Shown here: positions 41,301-52,174 of the stretch, piece after piece
Position numbering within the stretch: the first letter of the stretch is position 1
Layout: the number at the start of each line of letters is the position of its first letter
Assembly: GCA_964016885.1 (NCBI GenBank)
Contig: OZ024753.1
Span: forward strand, 18,848,001-18,912,000
Source: Eledone cirrhosa
Lineage: Eukaryota
Direction of reading: 5' to 3'
Length of the DNA stretch: 64,000 nt
Position numbers and translations under genes: made by a program
Notes under the pieces: generated by a model
Databases searched by the model: none
Told to the model about the DNA's origin: nothing
What the model saw: the letters and a program-made list of their open reading frames with translations, nothing else

Positions 41301-44300
41301 CCAAAATTGACACTTTCTGAGTTTTATAAAAGACTCGAAGCCAATGATGAACAGTTGGAAGGTGGTCTGTCAATGATGATGGCAAATGTCCGTGGAACAA
41401 AGCCATTCTGGGAACGCAAGTGCAGTGACTTGAATGCAATAGATGAGAAGTTTGGTCCTGCCCATTTGTTTGTCACTCTTTCATGTGCTGAATATTTTTG
41501 GCCTGGCTTGAGGGAATTCTTGGAAAAATTGAACAAAGACATCACAAACATTGAAACCAGGAAAATAGGGAATCTCTGTGCCAATGATGTAGTGGCTGTC
41601 AGTGAGTACTTTCACCATCGTTTTAGTGCTGTTCTGCGAGATGTGATTTTAAACAAAAACGGTCCATTTGGGGAAGTAAATCATTACTTTTGGCGACTCG
41701 AATATCAACAACGTGGGGCTCCGCACATTCATATGAAAATTTGGATCCGAGATGGAGTAATTTTTGACAAAGATCCAAAAGAAAAAATCAAACCATTTAT
41801 TGAACAATGTATCACTTGCAGACTCCCTTCCTCTGTTGCTAGTCCAAATTTGGCAAATCTGGTAAAACGCTTCCTAATTCATACTTGTGGCAAAACATGC
41901 TGGAGAATAGTGGGGAGGGGGATAAATTTGCGCAAAAAATGCCGTTTTGGTTTTCCACGTGCAGTGGGAGGGTTTCGATTTTTCTCAGTTTCTGAAAGTA
42001 TCAAATCGCGAAAAAATGGCAGTGGGTCAAAAAAACTGTACCAGTTGGAGAGAAAAGAGTCAGAAAAGTACATAAATGACTACAATCCATGTTTACTTCT
42101 AACCTGGCAAGCAAATATAGATGTGCAATACATTGGTGAGAATAGCATGATTTTGAATAGATACGTCACCTGCTATCAAACTAAGGCTGAAAAAAATGAG
42201 GCAGAGGGGGTTTGGGCAAATCTGGACCATTCCAAAACCAAATATGGAAAATACAAAAGTGCTGGGCTGCAATTACTTGGAAAAAGGGATACAGGTGGGT
42301 ATGAAGCTGCTGACAAACTTTTGGGGCATCATTTTTACGGGTCATCAGATCATGTTATTTGGGTGGGTGCTGACATTCCCAGTAGGCGTGGACACAGACT
42401 GAAATCTCAAAGTGACCTTGATGAACTGAAAAAAGACTCAGTGGATTTGTTCTATGAGAACTTGGTGGAAACATTTTATAAAAACCGGCCAAAATTCCTG
42501 GAAAATTCCTCCCTATATGAAGTTGCCAGTAAATATGAGAGGACATCAAGAGAACCTGTTGACAAAGACGAGGCTGCAAAAATGAAATTGTTTAATGACA
42601 AGGGGTATTTTCGCAGTGTAAAAGAGCGGGTAGTGAAGACACCAAATATTCAACTCAAAAATGACACAAAAGACCGCTATTACCACAATCTTTTAATGTT
42701 GTTCAAACCCTGGCGTGATGAGGATCAAGATTTGTTGGGAGGCTGCAAAACATTTGAAGGGTCCTTTCATCAGTGTGCAAATACATTATCAGATATGGTC
42801 AAGTTTCAAAATGTCCGGAAAAAAATAGCTGATGCAGTTGAGATGGGAAAAAAATTGGATGTGGAGGCAGAGAAGGAAGCAGAAGATGGTCAGATTTCTA
42901 AAGAGAATGGTGGTGAAACAAATGATCCAATTATTGAGGTTCCACAAATTCGTGACATTGATGAAACTGCTCTACAGACAAAAGAAACACAGCTGAATAC
43001 AGATCAAAGACACATCTATGAACAAGTAATTTCAGCAATTGAGAAACAAGAGTTGCATTGGAATTCGGAAAAACCACTACCTAGATGCAGATGTGATGAT
43101 TGCCCCCAATTACTCAAATTTGTCTCTGGTGTAGGAGGTACAGGAAAAAGTTTCCTCATTGATATAATTTCAGACAAAGTGACCCAAATTTGCTGCAAGA
43201 AAAATGCCACCCCAGTTGCCCCAGATATAGTCAATTTCCTCAGTGATATAATGAAAAAGAAAGGTGGCCAGAAAAATGGTGCCCCAGTAGTCATTTGTGC
43301 TCCAACTGGTATGGCTGCTTTCCAAATCAAGGGGACCACTTTGCACAGGCTCTTGAAACTCCCAGTTCAACATGGAGTGTCACCATCATATAGGGAATTG
43401 CAAAATGATGAACTCAAAATTCTACGCTCAACTCTAGAAGGTGTCCGTCTGCTCATCATTGACGAAATCAGTATGGTTAGCCATCTGATGTTGGCATTTG
43501 TCCATAGGCGATTAGACGAAATTTTTGGAGACCAGAGTCAAATGACTAGTCCTTTTGGAAAAATAAATGTCTTGGTTTTTGGCGATTTGCTTCAACTTCC
43601 ACCAGTAAATGAAAAAACAGTTTTTTCCAGTATCTCTGCATATGATGCTAAAAGGACTGGTCTGGGAATAAGTGGACAGTCTCTGTGGCAATTCTTTGAC
43701 TATGATGAGCTCATTATCAACATGCGTCAAAAAGATGATGTTGAAAATTATTCAGAAATGTTGGGTCGAATTAGAATAGGGTCACCTACTGACACGGACA
43801 TTGAAACTTTGAGAAAACACTGCCTATTCCCAGATCGTAGAGCAACAATGACAGAGGTGGCTGAGAAAATGTTGCAACTTTGCACAGTGCCTGATCAAAA
43901 AATTGTCTGCATTTTGCCTGTCAATGAATCTGTAGATGAATTCAACAAAGAAATGCTGAAACATGCCAACATCAATACAGTTGTAATCATTGCTGAGGAC
44001 ACAGGAATGCGCCAGAAAGGTCGTAGAACAACGTCAAAATCAAACAAATTCTCCAAAGCATAAAAAAAAAAGACATCAGACACTGCTGGCCTTGAGACTC
44101 AATTGCAAATTGGGGTTGGGGCAAGAGTAATGTTGAGACGAAACATTAATTTGGAAAAGGGGTTATGTAATGGTGTCATGGGAACAGTGCAAAGCATAGT
44201 CAATGGAAAAGATGGAAAAATTGGACAAATCATTGTGGAATTTGATCACATGATAGGCAAAAACACATCAATAGAAAAGGTGACTGCAGACTATGAAATC

Positions 44301-45587
44301 TCTCCTGGTGTGTATGTGACTCGAAAACAGTTTCCCCTCTGTCTGGCCTATGCAATTACCATCCACAAATCGCAGGGAATAAGTGTTGATGGGGTCATTG
44401 TTGATCTTGGTTCACTGGTGTTTGCAGATGGAATGGCCTATGTTGCACTTTCACGAGCTAGGAAACTCTGTAATGTCCATCTGATTGATTTTGAACCTCG
44501 CACTCTGATCATGTGTGACAAATCTGCCTGGCAAGAATACAACAAATTGCGTTCCACCACACAATTACCTCCACTTGCACCATGTAGAATTAAACCACCA
44601 TGCATGGCTTCTGAACATTGCATGCCAAAAAAACGATCCAGGCGAATGTTAAATGTGGAGAATGAAAAACCTTCTGAATATGCCCCTCCTACCAAAAAAC
44701 CCAAATTATCTACAATTCCCACACTCATTCCCATGATCAGACTACAAAATAAGAGAAATGCCTGTTTTGCCAATTCAACAATTCAAGCTATTGCCCAATT
44801 GACCAAACTTTCGGAATATTTGTTCTCTAACCCATTATTCTGTCCAGTTGTCCAGGAAATAACAAATATTGTAACACCAGGGGATCGGGATGTTTCAATT
44901 TTGCGAAAAGTAATTGGAGGGAGATTTAATGATGGTGATCAACAATGTGCCCATGATTTTTGGAAAAATATCTACCCCCATATTCCACCAAATGCACAGC
45001 AATTATTCCAATTTAAAGTGCACGAAACACACAAATGCATTAAAAGGCATGAAAATGAATGCCAACGTTTGAATGATCAAATTTGCACTTGCACACATAT
45101 TCCCGGATGTGGAGTTGAAACTCACAAAACACCAGAAATTCAAACAGACTTGACTTTGCATCCTATTCAAGGCCAGCAACAGTTTCGCTCTTTACTTGTA
45201 TCAAATGACACCATAATAAAACAATGTGACAACTGCAATACCAATACAGAACACAAAACAACCACCAGGAGAGAATTTCCATCCACAATGCACTACCTTG
45301 TAGTATCAATTAACCGATTCCTCATAACCAGTGGTCAAGAAACTCAAATACATTGTCATTTATTGAATTTCAGTTCAAAACGTCAGCAAATTTTTGGTAC
45401 CAATTTCCAACTTCGATCAGCAATTGTTCACACATTAGGTTCCACCTCACAAGGTCATTACACTTGTTTAATTCACAATGATGGTGACAAATGGGATGAA
45501 ATTAGTGACACGAGAATAACCAAAAGGCATTCAAAATTTCCACCAAAATTACCTAATATTGTTTTACTTTTCTTTAAAAAAATATAG
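38352..45587 (+). CDS. Rep(HUH)-PIF1 helicase-USP protease polyprotein of a Helitron-like element; one in-frame TAA at 44061-44063
   Basis: CFPHLFPKG; LFVTLSCAE; YFWRLEYQQRGAPHIH (HUH); YVTCYQTK; GVGGTGKS; APTGMAA; IIDEISMV; FGDLLQLPPV; MRQ; TIHKSQG; YVALSR; USP boxes LQNKRNACFANS, QQCAHDF, GHYT. ORF 44103-45587 is in the same frame. Confidence 0.93.
38918..39197 (+). repeat. 57-bp (19-aa) coding tandem repeat, 5 copies
   Basis: HAxxQKAHRLRTGDEGKSQ units. Confidence 0.92.
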
Positions 45588-45614
45588 ATCCAATATCTCT
45601 AGCATGGTTTGTCC

Positions 45615-46440
45615 TATACACACAATTGAACTCTATTAGACATCTATTAGAAATTAGACTATTAGAAAATGTAGAGTAATCTAAATTGTGTTATGAAAAA
45701 TTTGTTTCATTTGTCAAGCTACAGTGTCAGAGGGCAGTGCCGAAGGATGTAGTAGGTCTGTCCAATGTATCTGTTGTTTTGTAATATGAGCAATTTTTCA
45801 TTTATATGTAATACATTGGTGCACGTATATATGTCTAATAGAGTTGTACTCAACCACACCTCATTGAACTTCATTAGACATCAAAATTGTATTGTAAACT
45901 AAATGTACTACAGGAAATTTGTTACATTTGTCAAGCTACAGTGTCAGAGGGCAGTGCCGAAGGATGTAGTAGGTCTGTCCAATGTATCTGTTGTCTGACA
46001 AAATGTGTCATTCCTATTTTATATATAATTTTTGGCATATATGTCTAATGGAGTTATGAATCTTTACCGTCAATTCTTCACTATTAAATCTCTTGGCCAT
46101 GACTTGGATGAATGCAGTTGTTTTTGGACTATGAACACGCAAATGATGAAACGAAACAAAACGATCAACAATAAATGCACACAATTGAACTTCATTAGAC
46201 ATCAAAATGGTATTGTAAATATAAATGTACTACAGGAAATTTGTTTCATTTGTCAAGCTACAGTGTCAGAGGATAGTGCCGAATTATGTAGTAGGTCTGT
46301 CCAATGTATCTGTTGTGTGACAAAATGTGACACATTCCTATTTTATATTAATTTTTTTTGCATATATGTCTAATGGAGTTATGTTCACGACTTGGATGAA
46401 TGCAGTTGTTTTTGGACTATGAACACTCAAATGATGAAAT
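45615..46440. repeat. Three imperfect tandem units (~220-320 bp) downstream of the Helitron ORF
   Basis: tttgtcaagctacagtgtcagagg..agtgccgaa..atgtagtaggtctgtccaatgtatctgttgt at ~45710, ~45927, ~46250. Confidence 0.85.
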
Positions 46441-46770
46441 CGACAAAAATGGCGTGTGAGAAGAAAATCAAAAAATTTGCATATGAAAAATCGACAAAAA
46501 ATGGCGCGCGTGAAGAAAATACAAAAATCCCCAAAAAATTATCATGTGAAAAATTGACAAAAAATCGACAAAAATGGCGTGCGTGAAGAAAATCCAAAAA
46601 TCCAAAAAAAAATTATCATGTGAAAAATTGACAAAAAATCGACAAAAATGGCGCGCGTGAAAAAAAATCAAAAAAACCCAAAAAAATTTGCATGTGAAAA
46701 ATTGACAAAAAATCGACCAAAAATGGCGCGCGTGAAAAAAATCCCAAAAAAATTTGCATGTGAAAATTGA
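46436..46770. repeat. A-tract-rich ~60-70 bp tandem repeat
   Basis: Repeated aaatcgacaaaaatggcgcgcgtgaa...catgtgaaaaattgac. Confidence 0.85.
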
Positions 46771-47237
46771 TATTTGCCTTCTATTGCATTAGAATTTGTC
46801 ATGTTTAATTAAAATGTTATTTTCAACTAAATGCAAATGGTGCAAATTTGCTCCATTTAGATTCAGTTGTTAATGCTCACCTACTAATTTAAAAAAATTG
46901 TATTTTCTTAAATGACTCTTATTTATCATAAGTTAATATTTTTAAGATAGGTGAGTGCTCCACGATCTGACCTATGTCCCCGCCATGTGGAGTGGATGCT
47001 TGTACCAATTAGATAAAATATCTCAACTTATTTCTGTGACTCCAATGCACAGGCTGACACTGTAGCTTGAATTAAATTCAAAATTGCTACAAGTAACTAA
47101 GAGGTCACAAAAGAATAGCTTCACTTTCACCTATAGTTTTCATTAACATCATTTTTGGGATTTTTTGATAGAAGTAACTAAAGTAATAACTATTTAATTA
47201 AGTAGTTGTTGTTTGCATTGCCTTGAAAAATAGGAAA

Positions 47238-48353
47238 CTAGCTAGAAAAATGCGTACAGCAAAAAAAAGTAATATTGTTGGAACAAACCTTTAAAAATAC
47301 AGGACAAGGAAGTAAGATAAACCTTTAAAAATACAGGACAAAGAACTAAGATAAAACTTTAAAAGAATAGGACAAGGAATATAAATTTTTACAATAATAT
47401 TAGTGGCAAAAATTTTATTGGAAAAATAGATAATTGATCAAATAAAAGTGATTTATTTGAGTAACATGAAATTACTTAATGAGAAATATCAATACAATGA
47501 AATTGATCCCTGTCTTGTGTTCCTCCTCCAAGTCCGAGTTGTACCAACTGGTTCATTGGTTCATGAGGAAGTGGGCCAGGAAAAATGTAGGAAAAGTCAT
47601 CATGGTTCATTTCTGTTCTTCCCTTCTACTCGAGCCCCCTCAGCGCCTGCATCCCCCAGCTACAATGACTCCCAAATCAGCAGTCTGTTGCTCCTGCACC
47701 AACGCCTCCACCTCCTCCCCCCTCGTCGCCTGCTTCAACTTTCATCATTGCTGCGCCAACATGCCCAGTGCTGTCTGGAAGTGGTTCAACGAGTCCGGCG
47801 CCGGCTTCACCTGCTTCAAGTGCTCTCCCAGGAAGAAGCACTCTGTCCTATCCACCTGCCCTTCTACCACTGCCCATGAAGCCAGTCCGGAACCGTCAAC
47901 CGTGCCTCAAAGTGTCATCGAGGACCAGCAGGATTCCGAGTCGAACACGGGCCCATTCACCTTGGTCACTCGCCGTCATCGTCCCAGAGTCAAGACCCGT
48001 ACCCCTCCCTCTCCCCCTCCAGTTCCTGCTCCGACCCAGTCCGAGTTGCGCCGGGTCATCCGCGAGGAGTTGGACCGGGAAAGATGACAGACAAGTGATC
48101 ATGGTTGGAGTGGATGCATGCGGAACATCATAGTTGTAATTGGTGTAATGATGGAAACTCAATTTTTTACCAATTGAATTTTGCCACTAATATTATTGTA
48201 AAAATTTATATTCCTTGTCCTATTCTTTTAAAGTTTTATCTTAGTTCTTTGTCCTGTATTTTTAAAGGTTTATCTTACTTCCTTGTCCTGTATTTTTAAA
48301 GGTTTGTTCCAACAATATTACTTTTTTTTGCTGTACGCATTTTTCTAGCTAGT
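47238..48353. mobile_element. Cassette bounded by ~175 bp near-perfect inverted repeats (47238-47411 / 48179-48353)
   Basis: actagctagaaaaatgcgtacagc...ttagtggcaaaa and its reverse complement; internal ~39 bp subrepeats. Confidence 0.85.
47664..48115 (+). pseudogene. CR1/L2-type LINE ORF1 fragment (PHD finger + coiled coil)
   Basis: CCSC...C..FHHCC...W...FTCFKC, then LRRVIREELDRER...VIMVGV; GC-rich island. Confidence 0.6.
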
Positions 48354-48691
48354 ATACATATATATATATATATATTTCACGCTTGAGAGTGTGGAGGTGG
48401 GGGACGACGTTTCAGGCATAAGCCCTTCATCAGGAGAGAAGTGGGCAGGAAAAGAGTTCCGAGGGTGCGAGGGGGAGTGGTGGAAATATATAATATATAT
48501 ATATATATATGTATATATGGATATATGTATGTGTGTCTGTATTTTTGTTTGTGTGTGTGAGTGTGTGAGTGTGTGTGTATGTGTGTGTATTATTTAATAT
48601 ATATGTATTCATTTACATATATATGGAAAACGTAAACGGAAACAACAAACCATACAACACGGTAGAATGAGGAAACATTATTTTAACACTT

Positions 48692-48866
48692 GATAGTAGA
48701 GGGTCGGACAACATGCTTTCCAGCATAGAGTTATGGCCCTTTATGGTCTGAGTTCAAATCCCGCCGAGGTTAACTTTACCTTTCATCCTTACGGGGTCGA
48801 TAAAATAAAGTACCAGTAATGCACTGGGTATTTGCTGGCCTTGTGCCAAAAGTATAAACAATTATT
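48692..48866 (+). mobile_element. tRNA/Deu-domain SINE copy (further partial copy at 50265-50370, - strand)
   Basis: Same sequence as the 19889-20070 copy; attattttaacacttgata on both sides (possible TSD). Confidence 0.85.
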
Positions 48867-50579
48867 TTAACACTTGATATGGTAGGCGTCGGGTCTGTAG
48901 CCATTTGCCTCATTGAAAACTCTAATAAATATAAGACACTGGTTCTCTATGACAGAATAAAAAGGAAAACATTTTAATGAAGTTTAATTTTTAACTCCAT
49001 AGGAACGTTCCACTTTAGTATCAGTGAAGTGATATAAAGTTAAATGGATTGAATCGTCACGTCTGTATCGTTTAAACAGGATCTGTCATTCTTACGTTGA
49101 ATGCACTAGCCACAATACATTTGTAATATACATAAAATATTTATTCATATTTTATAGTATTTCATAGGGATGCACATTTCATGGGATATATTCTAGAATG
49201 ACTTTGAAATGGACAAGATAGATACAATGCAAATTACAAAATCGATATAACTGAATTGAAAGCGAAGTTGACCAAGGCTGATCGAAAATATACCATAATG
49301 GGGAACGTGAACAAAAACAGATAATATTGCATAATAGGCTGGTGTAAAATTATGCATGGATGGATAAAGTTTCTATCGTGATATGTAAATGTTGCAGAAG
49401 AGCTGATTTGCGTCTCAGGATATTTTACGACGATACAGCTTTATCAAGATAAGAAATAATTTCATTCAGCTTCGAAACAAACTATTCTCTGGGAATGAAT
49501 TAATTTACAAATTTCAAAACCCTCGTTCCTCCTAATAATGATTTTACTATGAGCCATCCTTTCCTCGTAAATTGCTACAATTTCACTGGAAATCTGCAAT
49601 ACAATGTGATTTGCATTATATGGCTTTGTGCAACATCATCTCTTATTTCAAAATAGCAATTAATAAGTTTGATATCAATTCCTCCTGGTTAGGTAGAGCC
49701 AATCTTCCACAGTGTGAGGTCTAATATATTAGGGCTTTCAAATTCCATCGGAACATAATACTCAGGAGTTTGAAAACGGAGACCAAGTAGCTTGTAAATA
49801 AATATTGTCACTTTAATATTGATTATACATGGATAAACAAATTGATCTATACATCCATACGAATACAAATGCCGTCTAAAATATCGTGCGTAATGCCTGA
49901 AATTGGGTTCTTCGAAATGAGTTCAAAGTGCCTCTTTTTCCTATAATTACCAAATATAAATTAAATAAACACAGTTATATTTCACGAAACTTTAAACATT
50001 TAAGACAATATTGTATTATCGGTGCATCTGTTCATAGTTAAATGTTGGTATATAAAATAACACTGTGAAGTTAGACAACTAAGTAATATTTAAATGATGA
50101 ACAAAGGAAAGGTAAAGAAGCAAAATACAAAGGATAAGGAAGGAAGTAAGACAGGAGAGAAATAGAGGAGGAGAGAGAGGGAGATGGAGAGGGTGGGAGA
50201 GAGAGAGAGGGGTGGAGAAGATGGCGGGATATACTCTACATAATTATCTCCTGTTTATATTATAATTGTTTCTACTTTTGGCACAAGGCCAGCAATTACA
50301 CAGTATATTACTGGTACTTTATTTTATCGACCACGTAAGGATGAAAGGCAAAGTTAACCTCGGCGGGATTATATTATAATGCTGTTTTTTTATGTAATCT
50401 CCAGGAATACGATAGATGGATCTCAGTGAGCAATTGATGGGAGTTATTGCGAGTAAAACACTTTCTATTTCTTGTTTATCCAGATTACCAAGTGGGCTCT
50501 GCATAACAAATAGTTGTAGAAACGACTCTCGTGTATGTTGATATATTTACAAGCGAGAAATAAAAATGAGGTAGAGAGG

Positions 50580-50700
50580 GTGATGATGATGATGATGATG
50601 ATTCCATACGATGATTGTGATGAGGGTGATGAGGATGATGAAGACGATGAGGAAGTTTTATTGATGATGATGATGAGCATGAGGATGAGAAGGAGGAGTA
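50580..50700. repeat. (GAT)n/(GAG)n low-complexity tract
   Basis: Direct reading. Confidence 0.85.
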
Positions 50701-52124
50701 GCCGTCGCCAAAGATGGAAGTATGAAGGCGAGAGTGAGGATGTTCATGATTAAATCTCAGCCTCAATAAAAATATACAGCCTGTTTAAAAACATTACATA
50801 TTTGAATTGTAAATATCCCAGAAATGACTCCTGTATATTGGGAATTAGTGTCATAACTTTAACAGATGTTAAGGAATATATCTTATGCTGCTCAACATTA
50901 AGTCTTCTCAGTCTCGTTGCCCTAAACATTGTAGTTTCTGGGATATTTACACCTGAAATGATGTGTACATTCTTGAAACACCTTGTTTATTACAAAAGTA
51001 TAAATTGTTTTAATTTTTTGTTTTAATGGCCTCGAATATTCAGTCTCCACAGACAGACGTGGTCACGTGATGTATTTATTAACACGTATAATATGAAAGT
51101 TAACACAGAGAATGAAGTAAATACTGTATTAACGATTCGTTCAGAGTTTATACGATTCGTTGTTTTGGTTTTCGAGAGGAAATGTGACGAGATAGATATC
51201 TTTTCCAATTTACTTATCAGCCTGACACTCTAACAACTCTGATAACAACACTCTCTACAAATAGTAAACACCTGCACTTAGATTCTAGCAAATACTACAG
51301 AAAATAAAAGAAACAAACAGATCTCAATTGCAAGTAGTTATGCAGCTTCAATTTACAGCATTTTCGAAATCAATTTGACATAGCAACCAGATACTTAAAG
51401 AATCACAATAACAAGGAAAAACATTGTTCGTTTCGAATATTCCTCATTTGTAGTTTAACAACTTTCATAAAACCATGTCAAACAAGTAACGATGAAAAAT
51501 TGTATATCAGTCTCCTTCTTTTGAAGCATTTCTCTTCCTTAGTGTTTTCCTGAAATAGTCAGGATGTCCCTCATTTATGTTATCAATTTTACTGCATATG
51601 TTTTTAAAATAAACTTTGATTTGTTTTTTAAGTAATAAAAAAATATTTTAGTATTTACTAGGTAAATGATACTAGGCATGTAATTGGCAAATCAGATTTA
51701 AAAAATCTCAGAATTGTCAGATGTTTGATGATAAGATGTAATTCAGATGAAAGTGAAGGATAAAATTAAAATATGAAAATGTAAAATGAAAAGATGTGAC
51801 ATAACATTAATATGTGACATTAACATGGATATTGTTTGATTATCTTCATATCACATTCTTTGAATCAACATCATTTTATCAAGAAAATCATTGTCAACAG
51901 GAGGAATCTAATTATTTCTCTTAAATTCTTTATTTTTTCATAAAATCAATTTCATGTTTTAATCAAGTCACTTGAAATATTTCATTGGCGATGTTTTCAT
52001 CATTTTACTACAGAAATGAATGATTCTCTTGCTTCGCTCATCTGACTGTTAGACATTAACTTAATCAGCACAAAGATGGGATAAGTGGCTGATTAATCAG
52101 GATATTTGCTGGTGCAACCGAGTT

Positions 52125-52172
<48 letters not shown>

Positions 52173-52174
<2 letters not shown>

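Larger units (their letters stand above)
37149..48352 (+). mobile_element. Helitron/Helentron-like rolling-circle transposon; right boundary uncertain
   Basis: Left: (TA)n then TC + hairpin ctaaaccgac-ggta-gtcggtttag, (GTGA)n and a minisatellite; Rep-helicase ORF; subterminal tandem repeats; candidate CTAG|T end at 48349-48353 before (TA)n. Confidence 0.8.

Noticed and set aside
50750-50960. Possible minus-strand host exon (tttcag acceptor, ~65 open codons) in the unique region 48870-52060
   Set aside because: No recognisable protein motif or partner exons; needs RNA-seq
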